The position numbers and the translations under genes are program-made. Positions 37,101-51,942 of a stretch of 64,000 nucleotides of DNA are shown here, piece by piece. Numbering within the stretch: position 1 is the first letter of the stretch; each line of letters begins with the position of its first letter. The notes beneath the pieces are model-generated. The model worked only from the letters and a program-made list of their open reading frames with translations, searched no databases and was not told the origin of the DNA. The DNA is taken from positions 43,998,788 through 44,062,787 of the forward strand of contig CM120640.1 of NCBI GenBank assembly GCA_051362555.1. Reading direction: 5' to 3'. The DNA is from Lingula anatina (Eukaryota > Animalia > Brachiopoda).

Positions 37101-39985
37101 CAAGCTGCCTTAGTTGAAGCATTAATCTTGAGGTTAAGGAAAATGTACAGTGCTTAGGGTCCTAGAAGTGCTGCTATTCATTAAATGGTTTATCAAACAC
37201 CTTTTTAATTTTTTTTTTTTTTTACTTCAATAGGCCTGCAGTTTATGTAAGCTTTACAATGAACAGTGCACATTTTAACACGATTACAGGACGTCAAGCA
37301 AAACATGGTTTCCCTTTCCTGTTGTATGAATAACTTTTTAGTCAAGATGTGACAAATTGACTTCAGATTTTACTCCCACTGCCCTGTTTTCTTGGAAAAC
37401 ATAACCACACTACTGTGTATCTAGCATATGGATTAGATAAGAGGTGTGTTCAGAACAAGCTTGGAAGGAAAAATCTGCTGGTTAGCCTGACTTTTATATG
37501 TACGGACACAGTCAAACCATCTATCTTGTATATTTTAGATTTTCTAGAAGGCTTTGTTAGGCTGAATGCAGGCTGAGTAAGAAAATTTGAGCAGTGTTGA
37601 TTAATTTTTTTGGTGTAGTTGAATGGCATGTATTTGCGAAATGTTCACCTCATAACTGCTAATTAACATATTTTTTTTACTTTAAATATTCAAGGGAACT
37701 TTATTTGATAAAAAAGCCAGTTAAATTAAAAAATCAGTATGATTGGTCAGTTGCCATAAAAGTTATTGGCACATTTTGCAGTCCTGTAATTTATTGCTTC
37801 CATAAGCCCAACATATTGTGCTATGTAAAGGGTCATTGAATATTAAAATTGTATCAGAATTGTACCTTATTTTGTTTTGGAATACTGGAAGTAACTTTTT
37901 ACATTTTTTTTTTTTTTTGACTTATTTTACTATTGTGGTTGCTACATTTATTCTGTATGGCTTGAAATATTCATTAGAGAGATGTTAATTTTCATGCACT
38001 TTAGATTGAGAACTGAGTAAAAAATATACACACACACACAGCTTACAAAGGAAGATACCGGTATGTTACCAAAGACTATCCCATTGAATCTAAACTAACT
38101 CCCTCACTCACACATATTCTCAAGCAACCCAGCCTTTGAAACAAGTATGCCAACAAAAAGTGTCAAACATACATGTAGGTGTAATCCTTGTGGTATTCAC
38201 TCTTTGACCTACAAGGTGAGGTTGCCACACATCATTTGATGAAAATTAAACTATTCTTTTTACCCAGTTTCCTATTCAACAACTTTCCTTCAAACGTACA
38301 TTGTCCCCTGGAGATAAAAAAAAAATGGGAAATGAATTATTAGGATGGTTCTGAAATACACCTTATATCCAAATATTACACACAGTGTTGGGATTGCAAT
38401 GTGTAAAAGTTTAATTTCCATATTTATTTGTAATTTTTATTGTAAGGGTGTGTTAGAGGAGGGTAGAAGTGACAGCTAGATCTAGTTAGTCACTGGAGTT
38501 CCCTGCATGTACACATGTTGGGATGACCTTAAGGCAAGTGGCAGAGATGATCAGACTTTAAAAGGTTGGCATTTGCAAAAAAAAGTTAGCCTTGGCAAAG
38601 AGAAAAAATTGCATTAGTCAAAGGGGCTTACAAAAAATTACCTTCGGAGATATTCAGAACCAGTCCAAGAGCACCGATAAACTGATCATCCCCTGAGGCC
38701 TATGAAAGTTTGGAGAGTTTGAACTAAATGGAAGTGTGCCAATGTTTGCCACAGGAGATGTAGAAAAGATAGGAAGCCACAAAACATTTCCTTTATTTTG
38801 TGGATCCATTAATAATTCCTATTACAAGCCCCATACAGCAAAGGCAATGAAGGCAGAAAAACATACCTCCAAAGTTCCCATATTTGGATTTATAGTGTCA
38901 TATTCAATGTTACAGTGTATTCCAGACTTTTTCTGAGCTAATAAGGGTGATTAGAATATTGAATTTTTTTTATGAAGTAACTTCTCATTCAACTTGGCAG
39001 ACATTAAAAAAATCAGCAGGTTATAGATAGTTACACTATAAGGTATGTTTAGGTGAATGCATCTAAGTTTACTTATTGTTTGGTAATGATGAGAGCCCGC
39101 ACCACATGTGAGATGTCTGCTGTTTATTGGAATGGAACACAGTGTACTTTTTGACTCCCTGAATGGTTTATAGATCCACGCAGACCTGTGTTTTCACAGA
39201 TAACTGATTAAGGTATACATTTCAAAGGTGTTTTGGTGACTGGTTGGGCATGCATTGCTGTGATTCCAGGTAATTGCCTTTCAAGCCCAATTCACTGTAA
39301 AATGAACGTCAAAGTAAATGTAGGATAGGTAGCTCTTAGTAAAGATGTGTGGTAGAAGAGGAATGCACATTTTTAAATGGCCAGTAGCGCCTGTTGTTTA
39401 TGTTAGCCCTACATGAACATTACTGCAAGAATCATGCATTGCAAGCCCCACTCTGATGTGGGTTTTAAACCTAACTGTGGTTACAGGCCTTGATGCTGAT
39501 GTGATTAAAAATTTCAAATGAAGATGGATGATCAATCAGAATTTGAACATAATGACTTATAGACAAATAATGAGACTTTTCTTCGCCCTGGATTAAAAAT
39601 AACACAGAATTGTAATTTCCGCCTAATGCCATAGATATGACAAGCACATGACATTTAGCAATATATTGTAGGAAAAGCGGTTTCCACTCATAGTCTAAAA
39701 AAAAAAACACATTACACTATTGATACGCTTAGAATCATCTTAACCTTGACACCTGCTACGTGCATGTTTGTACAGCAACATAACACCCTGTAAGTTAGAA
39801 TTGCTCAGTTTTATCACATTTTTCCTCCTCTGCTTTCCAGGGAGCCAGACAAGACCCTTGTAGTCCATATCTGCCAGGCAGACCTGGGTGGCATGCTTCC
39901 CACACAGCTGGTGGAGACTGCACTGCCAGGCAACATGATTGAGTTCTTCTCTAATCTCAGACAGGCCATTGCCAATGCCTCTTAA
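26691..39985 (+). CDS. STARD5: StAR-related lipid transfer protein of the STARD4/5/6 subfamily (STARD5-like), 208 aa. Exons 26691-26780, 28085-28134, 29575-29707, 33346-33460, 36706-36799, 39841-39985
   Basis: Stand-alone START domain: WKVVKK, RSSTEFQGNIYKAEG, LRPKWD, HSAAMGLISPRDFLD, SIEHPDCPVEPKYVRGTNHPCG, QADLGGMLPTQLVETALP. Six exons with consistent phases. Orthology within STARD4/5/6 is not resolved. Confidence 0.92.
34155..34192. repeat. (ATTT)n microsatellite
   Basis: Read directly from the sequence. Confidence 0.9.
34985..35206. repeat. 31-bp direct repeats flanking a CpG-rich insert with a perfect 16-bp hairpin; probable small mobile element
   Basis: taagtggtaactggcaattctgtgtatattt at 34985-35015 and 35176-35206. 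Hairpin arms ttactggcagcgcgag (35036-35051) and ctcgcgctgccagtaa (35064-35079). Confidence 0.8.
35429..35685. repeat. Minisatellite, 44-bp unit, about 5.8 copies
   Basis: Unit tgtgcagcatgctatggtcaaatcatgggtgcattactggtcag starts at 35432, 35476, 35520, 35564, 35608 and 35652. Confidence 0.95.
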
Positions 39986-41316
39986 TCAAATGGAGCGGAG
40001 TCTGTTTTTTTCTTTTCTTTTATAATCCATGTGATGATTTTGTTCTATTTCTTTTTACGAAATACTGACTGGATCGGTAGGCTTAAAAAATGAAGCCTAA
40101 ATATGTGTTTATCTTTCATCATCCAGGGAGTTTGTTTTATAAATGTGAAATTGATTTTACATTGGTAGTAGTTAATTGGGCAAAGAATAGTTTGAAATTG
40201 AGTGGTAGGTGCATGCTAGGCCAACACTTATGTAAGTTGTTATAATGAGTCATCCAAGCAGATAAAGTTGGGTCAATAGACAGTAGGAGACTTGATTTGC
40301 TGCTTTCTACCACAGATTGTGTATGTATCTTTGTTACTGCACATGGTGTCTCATTCAGATCTATGACGCATGTTAAATCACAGACAGTTCAATGTTTGTA
40401 GCCTTTGAATTATTTATACAATCTTGTAGTATTTTTTTCTTGTTGCAGCTGTATATTCCCCCCTGATATTTTCATTTCATGTGTTTTTATCTCATGACTA
40501 ACAAAAGAAAAAGTAGAGATGGAATTGAAAATAAAATTAAATAGAGCGATCTCTGCAGAGGAAAACACTGAGGTTCCTGTGTAAGATTCTAGACAGCTAC
40601 ATCCTGTGGAAGAAATGTTGTAAAGGATATAGAGTTAGTGGGAAGTCCAGATATATCTGTACACAGCCAGTGTATGGTGTTGTGTTGTGAATACGTCCCT
40701 CTAGCATAGAGGATAGTATGACAGTTGGTAGATATTTGTTGAAGGATTTCGGGACTTAAAGTTCTGTAAGTTCAAAGTGAAGTTTCAAAAATTAATGAAA
40801 AAAAAGACAGTGGATTTATACTTTTAAATGTGCATGGCACTTATAGATGCATTAAAATGCAACTGTTGTATATTTACCTTTCTAAAGGTCCCTATATATT
40901 TAATAATTGTATTGAAGGGTTTGTTAAAGTTTTAACAGCATATACGTGCTTAGTTATGTACTTATTGTGCATTGGTTATAGAAATTGCTCATTGTTCAGA
41001 TTCTTTGGTTGTTCACAAGTAGTTAGATCTTTTACAAAAAAAACTTAGTTCTTGCATCATTGGTAACTCATCTAACTGTTCAAATTGATACAGTTTTTAA
41101 GTTGGTTACCTTTTTTTAATTCTCTGCATTCTGTCTGTTACTAAACTAAGGTCATAATTTCAATGGTATCATGTAATTCCAACAAAAGGTGGAGCTTTCT
41201 TCTAAAAGTTTTTCACTGGAGAAATAAACTAAGAAATAAACTATTCAAAGATCCATTATTACAGTCCAAAATTTTGCCCTTGGTACATATAGTCCATACT
41301 TTGACTTTTAACCTTT

Positions 41317-41318
<2 letters not shown>

Positions 41319-41360
<42 letters not shown>
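41319..41360. repeat. (AC)n microsatellite
   Basis: Read directly from the sequence. Confidence 0.95.
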
Positions 41361-41362
<2 letters not shown>

Positions 41363-44300
41363 TAAAAAGGGTACTTATCTGTTAAATTTATTAATTGATT
41401 GATTTTTTAAACACAGGTTAAGAAATTCTTTTAATTTTTAACTAATTGCTTACTGACAGATATCTGTAGTATACAGCTTTTGGATGTTTCATTTTTCTTT
41501 ATTTTTCTTTCTTTCTTACTTTCTGTTTTGTAGTGGTAAAACCAGTAGCGCCCTGATAACGTCCTAGATGTTATATTGGGAATTATAGTTTTATTTTCCA
41601 GTAATTAAAGGTATTGGCAATATAAAAAACCTGCCCAAATGTAGATCTAATAATTTTTCAAGTTGATTATGGACATATTACAAATTTTCATTGAACTGTG
41701 TAATTTTTGGTGAAAATCTGAATGATTTTAATGAAGTAGGGAGATTAATATCTGCATAAGATTTTAGATGCATTTTTATAGTTATTCTTTATTAAATATG
41801 TTTGTGAAAAATGAATCATTTTGCTAGTCATTGTATAGATATTTCAAACATGATGCATAATTTATATAAGCAAGGGAATAGTTATTTACAAACTTGTTTT
41901 TTGTATGGTCTTATAACTTATACATGTACAAATTCAGTTGGTCAATTTATTTAATGAATAGGATATATCACCACAGTATTTATGTTACTTGATTATATTT
42001 TAGCTGTGCCTCATGCATGTTTTACATTGCTTTGATAGTAAATAGCTAAATAGTGCTACAGTGTATTGCACGGAATTTGTGAAAATAAATGTTTAGGCAA
42101 AGAAAGATCCCGTTTAATGTGATATATAAGTGTTGTGTTGTGGTGAGTGTGTTAGTTGTGAAGAACCTTCTCTAGACCAGTCTCGATTACAGCATCCTGT
42201 CTTCCCGTCACACAGGTTTTAAGGCAATAAAAAGCATTCTTCAAAGTATTGATACAAACCGCTGGGAAAGGTTAAAGTCATCTTGATGATAGCAATTGTA
42301 TCGAAGAACCAAATGGAGAATTTGGCGCAGGCGTCTTAATTTGGAAAAAAATTGCATTAATACAAAAATATGAACTTCAAACATCTGTTTCTCAAAACCT
42401 ATCGTCTCGGCATTATGCATTGATTTTTTCATTTATATCTACACGGTAGCAGTGTCGATAACGTTCATGTTTTGTCCCAATAGCTTTAGTGTGTGACGCT
42501 CCATCAATGCATCATAGTTACAAGAACGCGATATCTAAATCAAGCACTTTGTTTTGTTTTTTTTTTCTTTGACGAGACCCTTTTTCCAGCTATCTACACT
42601 GCAGTCTAGACACTGAATCAATTTTCATCAGGATCACATCTCAAGGTCACAAAAGATGTTGAATAAGTTGTTTATTTATTCGTTATTAGAATAATTAAAG
42701 CTAATCCCCATAAATTTGAACTTATTTGGTTACTACATCTGTGACTCCCTTGTGAAGAGGCCGGAATTTCTGTAAACCTGAGTAAATGGTTCGAATTTTG
42801 AATTTAGGGAATATATTTACCTGTCAGAAATTCAGTTGTGCAGCATCTCCAATTAAACCGTGATTCGGGACAGCATGTAAGTAGGCGGAGCATTGGCTCA
42901 AAATTGGCAGTCTACGCATCAAGGGCAATGACAATTTTATTTTACCATAACGCTTCACTGAGAAAAGTATTGATCTTTGAGCTTTAATAAAACCATGCTT
43001 GTTATGATTCAATGAAACATCCTTGCGTAACGGATTATTTGCCAAGTTATAAAGTATTTAATCATTAGGGGTTTGCATTTGATCAAACCTGGCTGGATTA
43101 GTCAAACTATATTAAACCTATTTCTGACGTTTGCCTTGTCATTTGTAAGCATCGTGATGTGTGTTAAGTGGAAGGATAGAGGAGACATTAAAAAGGTCTG
43201 AGCTGCTCTTGTAACCTTTGACGCATTTAAAAAAACGCAATGCAGGAACGAATTCTAAAATTTCATCCATAATCTCTTGTAAAAAATGGGTGTTCACTGG
43301 TCTTCTTGTGCGCGTGCTTGCTAAAACCTCGCAAAATAAAATAAAAGTCACTATTATTAATGATTTACGAAAGTATTTTAGTGTGGACGTATGGACGTGT
43401 CACAGAGAAATGAGATGGAGTTACTGATACGTTCCTCTCTCTCTCTCTCATATACAATGGCTGAATAAACGACTAAACATAATCATTATTGCTGTTCTTG
43501 TTGTTGTTGTTGTTGTTGTAACACTGAAACAAAAACCATAAAAACTATGCACTTTCTTTTTTTATATGACTGTTGAAGTAAAGATTGATGTCAAATCCTG
43601 ATGTTAAATGTAATTGTCAATTAGAAGGAGACTGAGGCAGTCAAGATGAAGGCTATCATGTAAAAGATTACAGAAAGCTTTTATTTCCCACATTGTATAT
43701 TTGGGCTGTCATTTTTTAGATGAAAGCTTCATCACTATGAAAAAGGCTGTGGCGTCATAACTTAAATCTGCTAGAAGCGATATTATGCAGAATTACTGCA
43801 TGTACCTTTTCCATCGTGTCGCGGGTTATTCCACTTTGCAAGTTCACCTAAATGTTAAGATTGTAACGTCCTTGATTTGAGAACGACTTTCATTTATAAC
43901 AACGGAAATTAAGGCGCACATATCAATTAGGCAATGACCCTTTTTTCGTAATTAATTAGTTCACATTTGCTTATTGTGCAAACTGCGTATTTCCCCCGAG
44001 AGATTCAACTACATAACGCCAGTTAGGTCCAGGAAATGAAAATATCTAATTACCAGCGAATTTCCTTCTTTTTTCGCAGACACCGACAGTATGTTAGCAC
44101 CAATGCATCACAGTTCAAGCCAAGGAAGACGTTTGACATTTACTTAGCGCGCAGAGATAGTAACAATCACAAGATGAACGCATTCAATAATAATGCTAAA
44201 TCCCGCAGGAAGGATCATCATTGCAAAATGGAAAAGATTGAATACGACATCAGACTTATCATTTGTTCATTTTATGTTTTTCGATTTCTCTGGTGTACAA

Positions 44301-44607
44301 GACGGGCTGGCACTACTTTATTGAAACGAAGACAAATAGCTGGCATGGGCAGTAAATATTTACCACGGAATGGTTGAACTGTAGTGTATTTTTTAGTAAA
44401 TATCTAAACCGCTTATCACTTTCCCGACAATTTCTGTGCACGTGTAATGTTATAGTTACGCTATAGTTACGCTAGATTTGAACAGGTGCATTTGTCTGTT
44501 GCACTTATGATCATTGGCGTTTCTTTCATCTTGGACTATCACCATACAACAACAACCAGACTGATGCAATGAAAAACAACAAATAATATCGGTACACACC
44601 CAAACCC

Positions 44608-44747
44608 TACCCTCTACCAGGGCGACTGATAGATTTTTTACGGATATTCACAGATATGTCTCTAGATAGATAGATAGATGGTCTATCTATCTAGAGACAT
44701 ATCTGTGAATATCCGTAAAAATCTATCAGTCGCCCTGATAGAGGGTA
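44608..44747. mobile_element. Palindromic MITE, 140 bp, with 9-bp TSD CCCAAACCC
   Basis: taccctctaccagggcgactgatagattt...tctagatagataga is mirrored by tctatctatctaga...aaatctatcagtcgccctgatagagggta. TSD at 44599-44607 and 44748-44756. Confidence 0.9.
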
Positions 44748-47700
44748 CCCAAACCCAATATAGAGGTTCGAATGAGGTCACAGGCATACTCTTAAAATAT
44801 TTAGTACACAAATCAATAACTATGTTTGATGATTTGCATGAAGAAGTTTGTATGAAAGTTTAAATCTTCTGGAACCATGAATAATAATAAAAAAAAAAAC
44901 AATTCATCGTCTAACCCCTTAAATGAACATACCTTACGTCCAGCTGTGGAAACATTTTACTCACTTTGAAAATTCAATCATGACGGGTCTCGTTCTTTAA
45001 TTTATCTCCTACAAGTATAACGCTGTAAAAATTATGATAATCATTTGAACAGAGCAGTTAATTATTTTAGCAACTTAAGTTTGCTTGTCACTGAATATTT
45101 AAAAAAAGGGGGGGATACACCTTACTATCAGTAAAATAAGCATTAAATAAACTGTTTTCCATTCTTGGTCCAAATATTGTATCAGAAATGTCAAACTACC
45201 ATGGAATCATAAAATATTTTTCGGTCAGCAATAGACATCCCTGTTTCCTATTGCACCGAGTACTTAGGCAAGATGAAACTTTCTGACAATTTTTCTGGGG
45301 AACATATGTTACGTAGTAGCCTTGAGTTACTGTTTTAATATTTATAAAAACTTCCTTACGTCATACATAAATTACCATGACTGAATCACTACAAAATATA
45401 TCGGAACGCGATATAAAAATTAAAGTTCTATGACTGGGAACAAACATTACCGGAACATATTTTACTGTATAGGCTCCTTACATACACGTAATGTATAGTC
45501 ATATGGTAAAAGTTAAAAGTTGGTGTAAAATTGAGAAAGCCGTGGATTTTTGTTCTATACACATATATGTTTTAAATCATTGAATACAACTTCGAATTCA
45601 TTCATTTTTTATATATATTTCAGCATGTGAAATGCACCTTTGGGTGTACAAGGGGCGTGCTCAAGGACATCTTGTCCCGCCGCTTTCCACTTAACTCCTT
45701 TAGGCGTTTATGACAGAATACATTTACTGTTGTATTGAGTTCTCAATGTAAATTTTGTGAACGGACGAACGAAGCAATCGCGTGGTTTTGAGTCTGAATG
45801 CAATGATTTAAACGTCTGTATTACCAATGCAATTCCATTAGGGTGGGTGCTATAAAACAGGCTGCTTCCATCACCTAGGCTAAAACAGTATCAGTTCGCA
45901 GTGATCTCACAATATCCCAGCTAACGCATTAAGCGGACCCAGGGTGGGAAGCTTACTGACATACTGAAGGTAAAAAGATGCTACTCAGCCTGTCTATTTG
46001 AGGGCCGGTTTCAGACACTATTTAGCCACTATTTGTCAACAACTGATCATGCATATTTGTACATTCATGGCTTTTTCCATGACGCCTGTATATTGTCTTA
46101 CACTGCACTAAGGTTTACCGCATTTGAACTCCATTTCATGATGTATAAATCTATTCAGGAAGTTTAGGCCACAGACCCATAGTACACATTACATGTGCAA
46201 CGTATACAATAGTGGTTGTTCCCAAGATGCGTTAAAAAAATATATGATACACATAACCTAATTTTGCAAATAACTAAATATTAATTTTCTTATTTTAAAT
46301 GCATGAAATACCTTATCAGTCGGGACGGAAATTAAATGCGCACAATCAGAAATCCTGAACTTCATGTCATTTGCATTTAGACATATTTTTCCGCATCCCA
46401 CCCCCTCTCTTTTTATGGTTATCAATACAGTAAAATTTACTAAAACAGTTCACATTCTAGACAGAAAGGCGCAAAGACCACGTACATTTAACTTGCGGAT
46501 CAAGGAGAGAGCGCAGTGGACACGTTACACCTCCTAAGGTTATTAGTAAAAACCAATCGAATATTCCACCTCTGTGTCCTTTCATGTTTGAGCACTTCTG
46601 TCCCGGTTCACTGTTTCAATATAACTAAATAAGTTTTATAGCCTGTCCCCTAGCCTCAGCAAAATCTTTGTTCCGCCAGTGTAATTTACTTGTATATCTT
46701 TTTGCGTGTTCATACCGGCACGAGATGTTATTTTTTACTTCATCATCGTAGCGTTTGCTGTTATTAAGTACACGCCTAGCGACGTAATAAACTAGTAAAA
46801 TACTCCCGCTGAATACTGTGACGAAAAGCTGATCGTAAAGACCCATATTGCACACGTATTTTAATAATACACGATGACATAAAATACATTAGAATGATAC
46901 TTAATGATAGATCGAACATGTGTGAGCAATCCCCGTGACGAGTAAATCTAGTGATACTATTGATTTTGTTTCCATTCTGTTCCTATAGAAACAATACACT
47001 GCTATCAGTATTTTTAGCCACAAGAAAAGAAATAAAATTGGTCTTAGAAGAGTAAGATTGGTTAGAGTTTTATTTTTTTTCCAAAGACTTGACAAAATAA
47101 CTTTTTCAAGTTTACTGTTACAAGAAGCTATAACGTTATATTCCGATTACAAAAAAAGGTCTAAACTACTCTTCATAGTCGTCCGCAGATCAGTTCTTAA
47201 TCATGTGTTTTATTGATAGTTTGTGTTCCATTCGATTTGATAAGATAATCTGGTTGGGAAAGATTCGAGTTTGACGGGACGTTTTATCAATTACGTCAAA
47301 CGCACATCTTTCAATTTCATTTAACGCAAAATATCGATGAACAGGTATCTTTAAGTACTTATTCAAATACCACATGGGAATAATGCCTTCAAAGAAAAGT
47401 CTAATTTCGCATGTAACTTTTACTCATATGAAACAAAATACAGCTTCTCCGTTAGAAATCGACTTTCCATGTTAATGCTATGGTAACGCTCAGTTTCCAC
47501 AAATCACAGTAATATAATCAATTGTTGTCGTGAAAGTGACGTTTTCGATTTCCACATGTGTGCGAATTCACAAAGCAAGAATATTTGATAAAAACAAGCC
47601 CGGAGGTAAAAGATAAAAGGTGAAATTAAGATTTGCGATAATGTGTTTGGTTTTAACACATCTTTACGAACAGGCAGTATTTCTTGGCTCTGTGACTGCA

Positions 47701-48748
47701 GGGGTAGCTATTACAGTGCCAATTACGTACCATTAGGTCTTGACGGGTGCGCTTGATAGAAGTAAATATGTTTATGGAGAGCGACTGTTCGAATAAGACT
47801 TCTATGTCAGAAGCTCCAGCTGAAGCCCTGACAGTTCAGTGAATCGGCTTTGAATAGCGCTATCCAAGCAATCACGTTTCTCTGTCTTGGTGAAGCATTA
47901 AAAGTTGAGTCTGGTACGTATCTCTATCTCTATATTATTACAGAAGCAAAACTCTGGGAATACGGAGCTGCTACTAGCTGTTCATTTACACGGCATTCCG
48001 TTCTCTTTTAGGTTGGTGTCTTATAACTACAGCGTTTGTTCGTGTTTCTCTTTAAACGCTTGCTAGAATAGCTCGTAATAAGTTTTTAGGCTGCACATTT
48101 TTCAGTATGTACCTTTCAGCTGTGACTATATTTCTTAATCCACTCAGTTTTTCACGGCGTTGTCAGTAAGCAAATGTTATAGATTAAATGTTGTATGAGC
48201 AGAAACAGAATTCAAACGGAAAGGCAAACCCTGTTTGCAAGGTAAATCATAACCATATGTTAATTTTTCTCATCTTGTAGTGGCAACATTTGTAAGGCTT
48301 GCCGATTCTCACAAAATGCTCGATATGTTTGGACTCTAATAATCTCTTCTACAGATCGAGAGGAAATCCCCCATATCAGTGCACACTGCCAAGACTTCAA
48401 TTCTCGTATCATCTTCCTTTAGCTGAGCAGTTTCAGTAATGATGTGGAGACTGTAGAGAGACAATTAAAGCCGTTGGTCTACATCTTCCAGAGGTGCGAT
48501 CTGTTTTTGGTCAAACTCATCAAAACAGGTATTCTTCACTTAACAAGGGATTTCAAGAATATTTTTGTCTACATGTATCAGTCTGTCTGTCTGTATGTGT
48601 ATGTCTATTGTACGAAATTATGTATGGAAGGGACTCTTCTTAGTTATAACTTATATTCCAGAGCTATAAACAAAATCACTTGTGAATCGCATCATATAAT
48701 CATAAGATTCTGAATAAAAATGCGACCTGCATTGGACCAGGGACAGTA

Positions 48749-48749
<1 letters not shown>

Positions 48750-48795
<46 letters not shown>
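48750..48795. repeat. (TA)n microsatellite
   Basis: Read directly from the sequence. Confidence 0.95.
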
Positions 48796-48798
<3 letters not shown>

Positions 48799-51700
48799 AA
48801 ATGTACTTAAACAAAAACAGATTAAAATTCGAATGCCTTTCCGGGTCATCTAGAAAATATGCAGACTTGTCTGGCTATCATGTTTTGCTTGCATTTGAGT
48901 GAATTTTATTTAATCCAACAAGGGCAAATTTCGACTTTTACGAAAACGGGAACTACGGACTCTGCGGCTTGATCTGCCCCTAGATCGAACTGCTGAAATT
49001 GCGAATGGCTTCGAATGGTAAAAATAGTGCATTGGCAATTTCATTTGAAAGCCAGCATCCACTTTCAGCACAGGATAGGCAGATATGTTTTTGAAAGCTA
49101 CTCAATCACGATCAATATGTCAGCATGTTTCCTTATTTCCCAATTAAGTTTGTGTATGGCAATTATTGTCTTATTATAGTATATCAATCCATTGCGATGG
49201 TGATCACATAGCGTGAAAGTTATATATCAATGACCAAGACAAATGATATAAAGAAAATAAAAATGTGATAGATATATAGATATTATTCCATGAAACGAAC
49301 CAAATTTGCTATTGTCGATGGCACACAGGAAAACAGAGTTCTCTAACCCATTGGCTTTACTTTCAACATGGAGTTTATATCTTTGTTCTAGTGAAGTGTG
49401 CTGCCAGGTGGATGCTGTTTCCAGAATTCCAACAATATTTGAGGCCTGTTTTGTAGTCTAATATCTGTCGTCTGCTGTCGATATACAGAAGCATAGTAGA
49501 AAAAATCGTCAAGGTGCCTAGATATTCATAGTAGACACACTCTATGGACCTTCTCTAGGACACAGATTGTAATGCAATACCCTAAGCATTTTGATATGAT
49601 AATCATTTTATTCAGAGGTAGATCAATGCCAGCTTATCTTATTCATAAAAATTACGTTGGTTTAATCTATTTATCATAACTGGTTCTAACGAACCAAAAA
49701 GATATAAAGGAACGTTGCCCGAAATGTCAGATTTCTTGGATGACTAACATAGATCATATGCATTCAATAACAGTGTTCCGGAAGATAATCAACTTGAAAA
49801 CATTCGTGAAAGAAGCGCCTGCGTACTCAGAGATACATTAACTACTAACATCTTATTAGCATTACAGCATTCCAAATACAACAGTCCATTTTCAGTATAG
49901 TTTAAGCCATATGCTCTTTGGCCGAACAATTTATGGCATTTGCATAATATCTCTGCATTAAAAACTTCCCGTAATCGACCAGAAGTCCCACATTGCCCCT
50001 TCTGCATATTAATACACATTTGTACTTAGATTGAGGCAGAAGTTCGTGACACGATTAAGAGAACTTAAAAGTAATTATTGATCACCTTTACGTTCACTTA
50101 ATTGCAAGTGAACGAATCGAAACTGAACCTAAGGGAACGCCATATGGTTACATGTCTCCTTTATGAGGATTACTTTTTTTCTGCGAATAAGGTACACTGC
50201 AATTACTTGAACGCATAAATTGTGTAATCTTTATTTAAGGTATTATGTAGTAGTAGGGGAGCCAAGGCTAAAATTAAGGGTGAAAAAAAAATTTTATGAT
50301 ATAAAATTTTCGAATACATAGTCGGAGAGCCTGATATCTGGGGTTTATGAATCTGCTTATTGGACAAATAGGCTCAATTGCGAAAGTGCCCAAAAATCCA
50401 AGATGGCCGCCATCCCTTATGAATATGCAATAAATGCACAAATTGTGAAAAAGGGTTGATATTTTCAGTTTGTTTCAGGGTAGATGTTTTTTATTGCCCA
50501 TATATTGTGGAAATATGCACTGTCTGATGATATGTAGCAGAAATTAGTCAATTGGATTCAAAATGGCCGCTCTATCCAAGATGGCGGCTAATATTTCAAC
50601 ATTTTTTGCAATTAAATCCTCTTTTCATTGATCTAGAATTTCTTTCAATCATGATATGAGCAAACTTTTATCAAATAAAGATTGCCCCTACTATTTCCTA
50701 CATTTGTACCATCTATGTATAATATAGAGGCTTTGTGAATACAAAAAAATCCAATATGGCCACCACACACCTCTTACCATTATGAGTCAAGGGTACCATC
50801 TGTCTCTTATAGAAAAGTTCAAATATCTACTTTAATGAAGCAAATGCTATTTCTATTTTACAATTTTTGGGTAAAGGGGAATTGCTTCAATATTTTAAAG
50901 GTAAATTCAAAGAGCTATCTTAATCCAAGATGGCTACTTTATCCAAGATGGCGGCCAAATTTTCACAAGTTTTTGCAATGAAGTCATGGTTTCTGTAATC
51001 TAGAACTACTTTCAATCATGGAAAAGGCTAAATTTTATCAAATATAGAATCTCTCCAATACTGTATGCATTTTTTGCTATCTGAATGCATAATTAAAGTT
51101 TGATGATTAAAGAAAAATCCAATATGGCTGCCATACACCCCTTACCAATATGAGTCAAAGGCTAAACATATATCATATCAAAAGTTGGTATATCTCTTTT
51201 AATGAATTATATTATACTTTCATTTTAAAACATATGGGTAAAGTACACTTGTTTTAATTTTATAAAGGTTAATTATAGACTGCCTATTAATCCAATATGG
51301 CCACTCTATCCAAGATGGCAGCCAAAATTTGACCAATTTTGCAATTTAATCCCTTTTCTTTTCGTCAGAATTTCTTTCAATCTTCTAGAAGCAAAATTTC
51401 ATCAAACATAGATACTCTACCCTAACTTTCTGCATTTTTTACTGTCTATATACAGAATGAAGGCTTTTTGCTTATAGAAACACCCAAAATGGCCACCATA
51501 AATCCCTTATCATTACGTACCCTCATATGAAACAAAGTCACGTATCTCATCAAAAGTTGAAATATCTCCTTTGATGAAGTACATTTCATTTTTATTTTAC
51601 AATATATGGGTATATGAGGATTTTTTCACTTTTTGCAGATAAATTTAAGATGGCATGTTTATTCACAGTCAATTATTTACAAGTTTCTTCACATTCATAT

Positions 51701-51942
51701 GCAGGTTCTTGGACTATTGTATTTTATAGCATAACAACTATGTTGTCAAAGTACATGTCTAGAATAACATCATTATCTATTTATTTGTTTATCAAAAAGA
51801 AGCTCAAAGGTTTTGTACAATAATAATTCCAATTCCATGCAAATTTTACTTCTTGGAATCAAAGGTAAACTCATATTTTATTGAAACTTCAAACAACATT
51901 TATTGAACTATGCAATAGATACTTTTCATTTATTAATTGGTG

